NCBI RefSeq assembly: GCF_018350175.1
Contig: NC_058368.1
Span: 229,960,001 to 230,024,000, forward strand
DNA: 64,000 nucleotides
Source: Felis catus
Lineage: Eukaryota
Direction: 5' to 3'
The position numbers and the translations under genes were made by a program. Shown here piece after piece: positions 24,546 to 35,997 of this stretch. Under the pieces are notes generated by a model. It did not search any database. It was given only the letters and a program-made list of their open reading frames with translations, and was not told where the DNA came from. Numbering within the stretch: position 1 is the stretch's first letter; each line of letters starts with the position of its first letter.

Positions 24546-26984
24546 ACATGCTCTACATTCTTAAAAATGGAAGGGATTATTGTACATTCTTAAAAAATGA
24601 AAATCTAAGCTCGGCAAGTTGTTTAAGTATTCCCAAAACTTTTCCAGAGTCTTTCTCTTCTGACTCACTTTTGATGTTTTGTCATCAGCATCTCTGTTTT
24701 CCACATGCCACCATCCATCCCCAGCAGCACCGAAGCGGTGAGGGCACAGAATCCTTTTAAGAAGTGTTTCCCAGTTGCCTCTGTGATTGTCCTTTGAGCT
24801 GTTGTGACATATTCTGCAAGTTTTGTTTTCTTGATCTCCCCAGAATGTCACTGGAGGGTTTACAGACAACAGCCAGAACTGATAGTCCTTCCTCAACGTC
24901 CTTCAAGAGTGTTTTGAGGGACACACAGGGGCTACTTTCCCCTGGGTGCAGGACTTGAGAAGAGCACCATGACCACCATCTACCTACAAGGGATTGTAAG
25001 AAGCTACTGGCTTTACATCTGGCTACTCCTTTGTCATTCTCCTTTTTGTTTGTGATCGTATACTTAAATTCAGGGATGTTAATAGTTTATCTTATGAAGC
25101 TCTGCTTTAAAGCTTACCTGGACAGGAGAGAGAGATAGAAAAGATTTTTCCCTCTGTAGGTTTCCACGGTTCACGGGTCAGGAGGAGCAAACATTCTCTC
25201 TTGAGATGGAGGGCTGGTGGCTTCACTGGCCATGAGAGCGTGATGGAGGTTTGGAAAAGCCTCTGTGGTGGCTGAGACAGGGAATCCAGAAAAGAGAGAG
25301 CCTTCAACAAATATGCTGAAAACCAAAAATGGGGTTGTGTAGTGGTTCTAGTCCACAGGAGCATGGAATTTTTCTCTGGCTCAACAGTGAGTACAGAGGC
25401 AGAGATGGTGTGGGGCTGGCTAATCAAAAGTGGAGGTTTCATCGTACAGCAAGTGGCAAAGGAAAGTCGGAAGTCCCCTACTACTCTTACTTTCTTGAAT
25501 GGCGTGTAATATTATTTATTGCAAAGGGTGACACTGCAAATAGAATCATGGAAAGAGCAGAGACGTTAAACTGCTTATGGATTGTACTTCTGCATAACAT
25601 GCCTGTGGACGAAAACTGAACAAGCGTACGTGAACGTAAATTAAAAAGATCCAGTTCATCTTGCTTGGGACGTTGTTCTTCTTTGACTGCAATACTCCTG
25701 GGCCAATTGATAGGTACTTGTCTTTTCTGTAATTCTGCCCACGTTCTAAAATCCTGAAAACGATTTCGAATGGAATGGCTTGGTGGCACTTTAAAGCTAA
25801 AATGATTTGTTGTTGTTGTTGTTGTTGTTTTTAGCTAAATCAAAGAGGAACCTGCTACAAGTACAACCTTCACCATGTTGCTACAAAACTAAGTCAAAGA
25901 TTGGTGACTCAGTACCTCCCATATTAAAAAAACAAATGAATGTGTGTCATCATTGAAACAAAAAAAAATAACAGAAACTCAGAAACCTTGGAGCCACATG
26001 AGCAGCCATTTCAGTAACTGAAACCACAAGTGTGTGTAATATTTACTTCCTGGGCAACCATACATGGGCTGCTTAGGGCTGCTTCTCGTGCATTGGGATT
26101 GATCTCATTTGCTTCCTCAGCCCTGAATGAAAATAATCAATGGATATAGCAAAGCTTTCTGCCATTTGAGTTGTGAGTTATCTCAGTAAAAAAAAATACA
26201 TGACCCTGAGCTGAACACTGAATGTCTTTCTTAAACATTACCTATTAGTGTAATTTATTATGGAATGCTTTTAAGTGAAGTTGGAAGGATTAATCATGAC
26301 AGAGAGAAGAGGCATAAACCCGTCCTCACACTTCTCCTTTCATTTACAAATATGAGTTGTACATCTGTAGTGTGGCAAACAGAGCCCCATTGGGTGATAT
26401 GTACCTGTCTTCTCAGTTGAATGGATCGTCTCATTTTGCAGGACATGAGGGAGCTATGGCGTTCTTTCATAATAAAAGATCCAGGGAATGATAAGCAGTA
26501 GCTGACTGAATGTAAGACTGTCAGTGCCCAGTGTTTCCTTAACAGATTAGACAGTACCCACCTGAAAAAAAAAAAAATAGCAGAAGCTCTCTTACTAGAA
26601 GCATTCCCACTGGTGTGGGATATACGACAGGTATGTCTGATGCAGAGTCTGTTGAAAATTGTTCAGGAAAAAATATGGTTCAGGAAGGGCTAACCCAAAC
26701 TTTTCTTTTTTTAGGAAGAATATAAAATGATGAATTTTAGATAATGACAAACAAAACCTAGATTTTTTTTTTGATGAACTTCCTAAATAACCTAGGATGA
26801 TCAACTGATGAATGATTGGGATTTATCACTTTTCAACAGGGTAGCAAGATAATCTGCAAAAACCAGTGCTTTCCTGTATGCTAGCAATAACAAAATAAAA
26901 ACGGAACAAGAGAAGTTCCCAGTCACAGATATCAATGTATATGAAGAGGTAGAAATATACTTTATCCATGATTTGAACGGTAGT

Positions 26985-27250
26985 TGAGAGCTTAGTGGTC
27001 AAAAGTCATGGGTTCTGGAACTAAGGGAGTATAATAAAAATACCAGCTTTGTTCCTCTTTGGCTGTGTGATATGAAATCACTTAATTTAAAGAGACATCT
27101 CTGTGCCATCGTTCCCAACCTGTGAAATGAAAATGATAATAATGATGCCAATGCCATCGGGTCATGGTGAGAATTAAACTAATTAGTATTTATAAGGCAT
27201 TCAAATAGGTGCCTACAATGTGGTAGGTACTCTATAAATATTAGTTGTAT
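26985..27250 (+). mobile_element. MIR
   Basis: ggctgtgtga...ctgtgaaatgaaaatgataataat...gtggtaggtactctataaatattag. Confidence 0.75.
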
Positions 27251-27419
27251 TAACAGTATAAAACTTTAATGAAGAACGAATAATTTGGTAAAGGATTATC
27301 ATAATACTGAACAGGAAGACCTACTATTCAACAATGTCAATTCCCCCCAACTAAATATGTAGATCGAATCTCAATCTGAGCCCAGTCTCTGCAAGAGTTT
27401 GTACAACAGAAGGGATGCA

Positions 27420-27625
27420 CTGTAGTCATATGGGGTACACAATTTAGAATCAGGTGACCTGGGTTCCTTATTTCATGACTCCCGTTTTCATTCTCCTGAT
27501 TTGTGAAGCAAATGTAATAAAAAAGTAACCTCATATGATTAGAGTATCTGTGTCAATAAAGCCTTTATCGCAGTGCCTGACCCATACAAAGCAAACTATG
27601 AGTAATAGTGAGTTGTTGTTACTAA
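27420..27625 (+). mobile_element. MIR
   Basis: gaatcaggtgacctgggttc...cagtgcctgacccata...gttgttgttact. Confidence 0.55.
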
Positions 27626-27788
27626 TATGTTTGGGGGAAAAAAGAGATTTTACTAAAAAAATAATTGAAAAGATTAGCAAAGTGATTTCTTTTTTAATAA
27701 GAGGAAGTGAGGAGAAGTTTGATGATTCAGGGAGATTATTCTTTTAGACCTGAAAATGTGTTAGCCTTCTACAGCGTTTAGAACTGAA

Positions 27789-27996
27789 GGGGCGCCTGGG
27801 TGGCTCAGTCGGTTGGGTGTCCGACTTCAGTTCAGGTCATGATCTCACAGTTTGTGAGTTCGAGCCCCGCGTCGGGCTCTGTGCTGACAGCTCAGAGCCT
27901 GGAGCCTGCTTCGGATTCTGTGTCTCCCTCTCTCTCTGACCCTCGCCTGCTCATGGTCTATCTCTGTCTCTCAAAAAGAAAAAAAAGAAAAGAAAA
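27789..27996 (+). mobile_element. Felid CanSINE
   Basis: Full head ggggcgcctgggtggctcagtcggtt, B-box, A tail; short flanking repeat agaactg. Confidence 0.96.
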
Positions 27997-28369
27997 GAAC
28001 TGTGTGGCATAGTTTCAACAATGAAAAGGTGAATGAAGCTGAAGAGCAAAACTGAAGACAGTGACTTGTACACAGTAGCCCTGTTTTGTGTCCCTCCTTG
28101 AAGCATTTTACATGTAGTGACTGCTGTTACCCCTGAGTTACAAGGGTTTGGGGGGGTGAAGTGACCTGCGCAAGTCATATTGAGTATCATAGTGACATTG
28201 GATCTGGGCATCTGGTTCTGGAATCCATACTCTCCTCTGAGGCACTAGGAGATATTACCATTTAGTGGAGTTGAAATTTTCGATCATTGGAGAGTATTTG
28301 AAGAGTTCAGTAAATAGTGGTAGGATAGCCAACCAATTGGGATGACACACATCCGTATAGAATGTAATT

Positions 28370-28389
28370 CTATATATGTAGAGTATAAC

Positions 28390-28422
<33 letters not shown>

Positions 28423-28470
28423 ATGTATATATATACATATATATATATGTATATATATGTATATATATAC

Positions 28471-28509
<39 letters not shown>

Positions 28510-28700
28510 ATGTAGCTATATATAGAAAGAATGTAACTATACATGTACAGTATAACTATATATATAACTATACACATATATAGAATGCAGCTATGCATAT
28601 AACTATACATGTAATTGTGTTACATAGTCATCTATATCTATATATCTACCTGTGTATCTATCTATGTATCTCTCTGTATGTATATAGAGATACATATATA
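28370..28700. repeat. Compound (TA)n/(GA)n low-complexity array with recurrent agaatgtarctat motif
   Basis: Direct reading. Confidence 0.85.
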
Positions 28701-29059
28701 CAGTTAAATTTTAGGAATCCAAATTCCTGATCAATAAATGATTTAACACGCTAAGTACATCTAAATAAACTTGGGGGCGTGATAATCGTGGGGAAGACTT
28801 TTCAAAGTATGGTAAGGTGTCAAGGGGAACCCAGATGGGGCTGTACATTCCGCTCCTCTGAAAAATGGACGGGCCATTGGCTTCATTGGCATTAATTAGC
28901 AGGAGCTGATAACCTTGGAGAAGGTGGCTTTTGAGGAAGATGTCTGAGCAATCATCCCTAAAAAGTGACAGCTGAGACATGGAGATTAACAGGGCAGGAC
29001 CAAACGACCTAGCTTTGGCGGCCTGTGTGTATAGAGAGAACCCAGGTAGAAGTTAATTC

Positions 29060-29350
29060 CATTCCGTTCAGTTCATCCCAGCAATATGCACACCTGCTAT
29101 GTGCACTGTGCAGTGTTGTAAATACAGTAGTGGGAAAAATTAGTGTTTTCTCTGTCCTCATGGGGCTGGTTTATAGTCAACTGAGAGAGAATGAAAATCA
29201 TATACGGAAGTATAACACAGTGTGCTAAGTGCTATGAGAGAAGTCCAGGGTGCAGTAGGATAAAAAGGGCACTTAATCTAGGTTTTGTGCCTGTAGAAGT
29301 CTTCCTAGAGAAAACAATATCTCGGCTAAGATCTGAAGGTAAAGTAAGAT
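29060..29350 (-). mobile_element. L2 3' end fragment
   Basis: ttcagttcatcccagcaatatgcacacctgctatgtgc...ctgtcctcatggggctggtttatagtc, an antisense L2 tail pattern. Confidence 0.6.
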
Positions 29351-29626
29351 ACAGCCACGCACATCAGCTCCTTTTCCTCTGATTGTGAACACAGCTGTTT
29401 TATCCAAGTGGTGAAGCCAGAGACCTGGATTTCTAAGGAAATAAGCAAATGAACGATAAGATACATAGGCTGAGAATCGGGAGCAAGATCTTGGCTGGGT
29501 GTGGAACTGAGGTATCATTAAGCAAGCAGCCAGTGATGGGCAGCATGAAAAAGATTGTCAAGGGCCAGAGTGCAGAGTTAGCACAGTTCCTACTGCGGTG
29601 CTCTAAGGATCATCAACAGTTATGAG

Positions 29627-30003
29627 TGTTGAAACATAAAATTCAACTGAGAACATTTTAAAGATCTTATTGGCCTTATTCAGCAATTCATGAATTGGGC
29701 AGCATCCTGTCTGAAAGATAGGAAAGAGCCCTGATGAGCGGTACAAAATGGAGTCTAGGCAGTATAGGGGACAAAGAAGTTCAGAGCACAGAGTGGATTG
29801 ATTCAAGAAAAGTCACCTTGCTTCGGGTGACACGGGTCTGTCAGGCAGATTACCTCACTGGTGCTGACCAGGACGTTCCAGACTGACTAATTAAGATTAT
29901 ATTCCTGGGAGAGGCTGAAACTTCAGTTAAGATATTAAGTCTCCATTTGGTGACCTGGGCTTTGCAAAGCGACTCCCTTTTGAGACTGCTGTTTCTTTTT
30001 TGA
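29627..30003 (-). mobile_element. ERV1-class solo LTR (carnivore-type)
   Basis: tgttgaaacataaaattcaactgag...aattcatgaattgggcagcatcc...gtacaaaatgg resembles an antisense carnivore ERV1 LTR; family name uncertain. Confidence 0.55.
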
Positions 30004-30684
30004 TCTGGGACAGAGAATCCCAGAGAGTATTGTGAGAAAGGGGTATAATCAAATTAGGAGCACACTGGGAGAGCGGGTGTCATGGAAACCAGTGGAAGGA
30101 GGCTTTCACTTGTACGGGGCAGGTGACGTGGGAGCATCACTGACAGACAGAGGATGTGAAGGCTCCACCAGCAGACTGGTTCACAGAGGAGCCAGACCGC
30201 GGCCAGCGTGATTGGTGGTTGGTGGGCTGGGTGAGGAGAGGATGTAGTGGGACGGTAGGTGGAACTGGGGACTCCACACAGCCTGCCTTCTCAGAACAGT
30301 GGTCTGTTCAGTTGGGCGTTTTTCCAGCAGTAATCATGTTGCTGGAACTCATACATGAAGTAGGCAGATGGCCTAATTGGATTTGTTGCCAGACAAGTAA
30401 TGGAAGGAAACTGGGCAAAGGAGTCGGGGGTACTTGAGAAAAGCCAGCTAAGTGTTTTAATACGGCGTGGTGTCTAGCTAAGGAAGGACAAGTGTGATCA
30501 GCACTAGAGTTTGCTGGGTGAGCGGAAATGTTGATAGAGGACGGGACAATAGTTGTGGATCAAATGCCGCATGAGTACAAGAACAGTTTTACTAGGCATG
30601 ATGTTCTGGCAGTGTTAGAAGAACAGAAGGCTGAAAGGAAACAGAAGACCAAAAAGGAGAAGGCCTTTTGTTAAGAATCCTGTT

Positions 30685-30879
30685 GGGGCGCCTGGGTGGC
30701 TCAGTCGGTTGAACGTCAGACTTCCGCTCGGGTCATGACCTTGCAGTTTGTGAGTTTGAGCCCCACACTGGGCTCTGTGCTGACAGCTCAGAGCTTGCTT
30801 TGGATCCTCTGCCCCCCTCTCTCTGCCCCTCCCCCACTTGCCCACACACTCTCTCTCAAAAATAAATAAACATTAAAGA
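30685..30879 (+). mobile_element. CanSINE
   Basis: Full head and tail. Confidence 0.95.
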
Positions 30880-30892
30880 AAAAAAGGATCTT

Positions 30893-31130
30893 GGGGCACT
30901 TGGGTGGCTCAATCGGTTGAGCATCCAACTTCGGCTCAGGTCATGATCTCACAGTCTGTGAGTTCAAGCCCCGTATCGGGCTCTGTGCTGTTGGCTCACA
31001 GCCTGGAGCCTGCTTCCGATTCTGTGTCTCCCTCTCTCTCTGCCCCTTCCCTGCTCATGCTCTGTCTCTCTCTGTCTCAAAAATAAATAAAAACATTAAG
31101 AAAAAAAATTAAAAAAAAAAAAAGAAAAGA
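30893..31130 (+). mobile_element. Felid CanSINE inserted in the tail of the previous SINE
   Basis: TSD aaaaaaggatctt 30880-30892 / 31131-31143. Confidence 0.95.
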
Positions 31131-31486
31131 AAAAAAGGATCTTATGACTTTGTGGCCTGCATGTACTCTGCTGCTTTCTTGTCCCAGAAGCTTATCCGTA
31201 GAGAGAAGGAAGAGAGAGCCCAGTGTATGTGAGGACTGAAGACTCCCCAAGGGTCAACAGCTTTGTGAGCCCTAAGGGACAGCACCCTGAAGCAGTTGCA
31301 CCTTTTGCAGTTGGAGGTTGTGACTACAGTAAGACTCACTGTCCTTAGACATTCTCAAGATGGCTCAGGTAGAAGGATTGGTCCTCCGGCATGCCCAGGA
31401 ATTATGAGGCAGGGAAGAGGAATTTTCCTTAGCAGATAAGAACAAAAAGACAAACTGAACAAAAAATATTTTAAAATATTGAATAG

Positions 31487-31645
31487 GGGTGCCTGGGTGG
31501 CTCAGTTGGGTAAGCATCTGACTCTTGGTTTCAGCTCAGGTCATGAGCTTTGCGCTGACATTGTGGAGCCTGCTTGGGATTCTGTCTCTCCTCTCTCTCT
31601 TTTAAAATAAATAAATAAACTTTAAAAAATAATTAAAAATAAAAT
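31487..31645 (+). mobile_element. Internally deleted CanSINE
   Basis: Head and tail present, B-box region missing; flanks aatattgaata / aatattgagta. Confidence 0.9.
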
Positions 31646-31781
31646 AGAATATTGAGTAAATAACATTGGGTACTAAGAAGTGGAAAGCTAGGGATTTGCA
31701 TGCATTTTTGGTAGAATGTTAATTGAAGACAATTTGTAAGTATGAATCAAAAGTTATGTGTGTGCATATATATATATATAT

Positions 31782-32929
31782 CTATCTTTTCTCCCCTCCG
31801 AGAATCCCCCATAAAATTTCTTGCAGGGCTGGTTTAGTGGTCACAAACTCCTTTAATTTTTGTTTGTCTGGGAAACTTTTTATATCTCCTATTTTGAATG
31901 ACAACCTTGCTGGGTAAAGAATTCTCGGCTGCATATTTTTCTGATTCAGCACATTGAATATATCCTGCCACTCCTTTCTGGCCTGCCAAGTTTCTGTGGA
32001 TAGGTCTGCTGCAAACCTGATCTGTCTTCCCTTGTAGGTTAGGGACTTCTTTTCCCTTGCTGCTTTCATGATTCTCTCCTTGCCTGAGTATTTTGTGAAT
32101 TTGACTATGATATGCCTTGTTGACGGTCGGTTTTTGTTGAATCTAATGCGTGTCCTCTGTGCTTCCTGGATTTTGATGTCTGTGTCTTTCTCTAGGTTAG
32201 GAAAGTTTTCTGCTATGATTTGCTTTCATAACCCTTCTACCCCTATTTCTCTCTCTTCATCTTCTGGGACCCCTATGATTCTGATGTTGTTCCTTTTTTT
32301 TTTTTAATTTTTTTTTTAGTGCTTTTATTTATTTTTGAAGGAGAGAGAGAGACAGAGCATGAGCAGGGGGACGAGCAGAGAGAGAGGGAGACACAGAATT
32401 CGAAGTAGGCTCTAGGCTCTGAGCTGTCAGCACAGAGCCCGATGCAGGGCTCGAACTCGCGAACTGGGAGATCGTGACCTGAGCCGAAGCCAGACGTTCA
32501 GCCGATTGAGCCACCTAGGCACCCCTGATATTGTTCCTTTTTTTTTTTTTAATGTTGTTCCTTTTTAATGATGCACTGATTTCTCTAATGCTCAAATCAT
32601 GCTCTTTTGCCTTAATCTCCCTCTTTTTTTCTCCTTTGTTATTCTCTATAAGTTTGTCCTCTATGTTGCTGATTCTCTGTTCTGCCTCATGCATCCTTGC
32701 CGCCGCTGCATCCATCCGTGATTGCAGCTCAGTTATAGCATTTTTTATTTCATTCTGGCTACTTTTTACTTTTTTTATCTTTGCAGAAAGGGATTCTAAT
32801 CTATTTTCAACTCCAGCTAGTATTCTTATTATCATGATTGTAAATTCTGGTTCAGACATCTTGCTTGTATCTTTGTTGGTTAAATCCCTTGCTGTCGTTT
32901 CTTCGTGCTCTTTCTTTTGGGGTGAATTC
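31782..32929 (-). pseudogene. L1 ORF1p coding region lacking its N-terminal start, split by a SINE
   Basis: ORF track 32515-32859 (MSEPEF...EAEQRISNIEDKL...LKRNNI, coiled coil) and 31782-32069 (KAAREKKSLTYKGRQIRFAADLSTETWQARKEW...YPARLSF...TKPALQEIL, C-terminal domain). Confidence 0.92.
32299..32525 (-). mobile_element. Felid CanSINE nested in L1 ORF1
   Basis: Antisense SINE; TSD tgatgttgttccttttt (32282-32298) / tgatattgttccttttt (32526-32542). Confidence 0.96.
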
Positions 32930-33199
32930 CTGTTGAATTCTGTGGTTCAGATTGTGCAGACTGTTGTGTTAATCCTCCAATCAGTTTTCTAGGTGTGTAG
33001 GATGGTTTAGTGTTGGTCTGGCTGTATTTCATGGACGCGAGACACACAAAAAGCTTCCATGCTGTCCCGCCATCTTGGCTCCTCCCCTGAATCAAAAGTT
33101 TTAAATTAACATGGCTAGAACCATTGACAGGAATTCATTCTAAGGAAATTTTCAGACAAGGATACAATGCCACACACTTAAAATGTATGTGTAAGAATC

Positions 33200-33700
33200 T
33201 ATCACAGTGAGACGGTTAAGGGCTCTACTCTAGAAATTGACCCTCTTTTTGTTTTTTTAATTTTTTAATGTTTATTATTTATTTTTGAGAGAGAGAGAGA
33301 GAGAGAGAGAGATAGCAGGGGAGGGGCAGAGAGAGAGGAAGACCCAGAATCCGAAGCAGGCTCCAGGCTCTGAGCTGTCAGCACAGAGCCTGATGTGGGG
33401 TTCAAACTCATGAGCCATGAGATCATGACCTGAGCTAAAGTCTGATGCTCAACCAAGTAGGCCACCCAGGTGCCGCTAGCATCTGACCCTTCTGAATTTG
33501 GATCTCAGCTTTGCTATCTGTTTTTCCTCGATGACCTTGGAAAATTCTTTAATCTCCTTAAACCTCATTTCAGTGATCTGTAGAAAGGGTGCACTGATAA
33601 TGACTACCTAGAAAGTTGTGATTGGGGCTGTGATGCTGCATGTGAACCTGAACACAGAAGCTGGACATAACATGGGAAATGCTCATTCCATTTTAATTAT
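33200..33700 (+). mobile_element. MIR interrupted by a CanSINE
   Basis: ggttaagggctctactctaga...gaccttggaaaattctttaatctccttaaacctcatttc...ctgtagaaaggg. Confidence 0.6.
33246..33475 (-). mobile_element. Felid CanSINE
   Basis: Antisense SINE body with T-rich tail. Confidence 0.95.
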
Positions 33701-34288
33701 GCTAAAAAAGGTGAGAGGGAGGGGATAGGAAAAGTGAGAACAAGGAAGATAAGGAGGGGAGGAGAAAAACATAGAGGGGAGGAGGGTAGATTAATCACAG
33801 CCACCTGGTGAAATAAAATACAGTACATCTCTAAAATGGAAAACTTTGCAGCCATTAGAGTTGCATTCTGTATTTATGCATAGTGACAAGAACACCTGTA
33901 GAAGACAGGTTACTTTCCCCATGATTTCAGTGTATTTATCATATAAACACTGCTATTATTTTGAAATTGCAGTCCAGCAGCACTAATCATTTTTCTTTTT
34001 AAATCAGTTTATCGATGTATAGTTTACTCACAGTAAAATGATACGTTTTTTATGTTATTTGCCTTACTTTTTTAAATTGAGGTATAATTGACTTGTAGCA
34101 TTATATTAGTTTCAAGCATGCAGTGTGATGATTTGACATTTGTGTATATTGCAAAAGGATCACCTCGGTAGGTCTAGTTAATATCCATCACCATGTACAG
34201 TTATGATTTTTTCTTGTGATGAGAACCTTTAAGATCTGCTTTCTTAGCCACTTGCAAATGTACAGTATAGCTATATAAACTATAGTCA

Positions 34289-34690
34289 GTCAACATCACT
34301 CATCATCAGGGATATACAAATCAAAACCACTATGAGTTACAACCTCACACCTGTAAAAATGGCTAAAATTAGCAACACAGGAAAACAACAGATGTTGGCG
34401 AGGATGCGGAGAAAGAGGAACCCTCTTGCACTGTTGGTGTGAATGCAAACTGGCGCAGCCACTGTGGAAACAGTATGGAGGTTCTTCAAAAAGTTAAAAA
34501 TAGAACTACCCTATGACCCAGCAATTGTACGACTAGGTATTTACACAAATGATACAAAAATAGTGATCCAAAAAGGCGCATGCACCCTGCTGTTTATAGC
34601 AGTATATCAACAGTAGCCAAGTTACAGAAAGAGCCCAAATATCCATCAACTAATGAATGGTTAAAGAAGAAGTGGTATATATATATATAC

Positions 34691-34726
<36 letters not shown>

Positions 34727-35137
34727 ATGGATTATTACTCAGCTGTCAAAAAGAATCAAGTCTTGCCATTTGCTATGACGTGGATGGAGCTAGAGTGTAT
34801 TTTGCTAAGCAAAATAAATCAGTCACAGAAAGACATATACCATATGATTTCACTCATATATGGAATTTAGGGAACAAAATAGATTAATCTAGGAGAGGGG
34901 GGATAATAGGGAGGGAAGCAAACCATAAGGTACTCATAACTATAGAGAACAAACTGAGGTTTGCAGGAGGGAGGAGACAGAGATGGGCTAAATGGGTGAT
35001 GGGCATTAAGGAAGGCTCTTGTCATGAGGACTGGGTGTTATATGTAAGTGATGAATCACTAAATTCTACACTGTAAACCAATTTTGCCATATGTTTTAAC
35101 TAATGAGCATTTAAATAAAAACTTGAAATAAAATAAC
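34289..35137 (+). mobile_element. 5'-truncated carnivore L1 nested in the older L1
   Basis: caacatcactcatcatcaggg...gtaagtgatgaatcactaaattctac...ttaaataaaa; TSD aactatagtca 34278-34288 / aactgtagtca 35138-35148. Confidence 0.92.
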
Positions 35138-35765
35138 AACTGTAGTCACCATACTGTACATTATATCCCATGCCTTCTTTATTTTGGAATGTTGAAATTT
35201 GTACCTTTTGACTCCCATTTTGCCCACTCTCCCCAGCCCCACCTCTGGTAAGAACCAATCTGTCTTTTTTTAGATTCTGTATATAAGTGAGATCACACTG
35301 TTATTGACTTTCTCTGACTTGTTTTACCCTCAAGTTCCACCCGTGTTGTTGCAAATGGCAACATTTCATTCTATTTTTATAGTTGAATCATATTTCATTG
35401 TGTTTATGTGTGTGTTTGAATACGAATATTCTAATGTGTATGGAAGGTTGTATATATTCCATTATATATATTTACATTATATGTGTACACATGTATGATA
35501 TGTGATATATATGATGTGGCACAGATATGATGTGTTATAGGTGTAGATACACATTCACACACATATACACACACATATGTACACACATCTCACATTTTCT
35601 TTATCCATTCATCCACCAATAGACGTTTAGGTTGTTTCCATGTCTTGGCTATTGTAAATAATGCTGCAGGGAACACATGGGGTGCATTTATCTTTTCTAC
35701 TTAGTGTTTTCATTGTCTTTGGATAAATATCTAGAAGTGGGTTTGCTGGATCATATGGTAGTTCT

Positions 35766-35997
35766 AATTTTATTATTATTATTTTTATTAGAGAGAGAGA
35801 GAGATGGAGGGAAGGAAGGAGAGAGAATGAGCAGGCAAGCAGGGGTAGGAGGAAGAGGGAGAGAGGGAGAGAATCTTAAGCAGACTCCACACTTGCATGG
35901 ATCCCATCGTGGGACTGGATGGCATGACCCTGGGATCATGACATGAGCCAAAATCAAGAGTCAGATGCTCAATTGACTGAGCCACCTAGGTACCCCC
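35766..35997 (-). mobile_element. CanSINE (older)
   Basis: Antisense SINE inside the L1. Confidence 0.9.

Larger units (their letters stand above)
23890..24960 (-). mobile_element. Fossil Tc1/mariner-pogo (Tc2/Kanga-like) DNA transposon with transposase C-terminal remnant
   Basis: Minus strand from 24896: LRKDYQFWLLSVNPPVT / frameshift / SGEIKKTKLAEYVTTAQRTITEATGKHFLKGFCALTA...MWKT, resembling the pogo DDE_1 C-terminus; Kanga-like terminal-region motif aagacataccattattttatgtaccactaaga at 23894-23925. Confidence 0.7.
31756..33087 (-). mobile_element. Felid L1 derivative: 158-nt 5'UTR joined to ORF1, no ORF2/3'UTR/poly(A); candidate spliced ORF1-only retrocopy
   Basis: Minus-strand start ggggaggagccaagatggcgg; junction cacagaattcaacag|gaattcaccccaaaag at 32930/32929; perfect TSD tgaatcaaaagtt 31743-31755 / 33088-33100, followed by ttaa giving a TTTT/AA EN site. 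Confidence 0.93.

Noticed and set aside
25329..25789. Overlapping 96-100 aa ORFs in non-repeat sequence
   Set aside because: No recognisable domain or splice structure; not clearly a continuation of the transposase.
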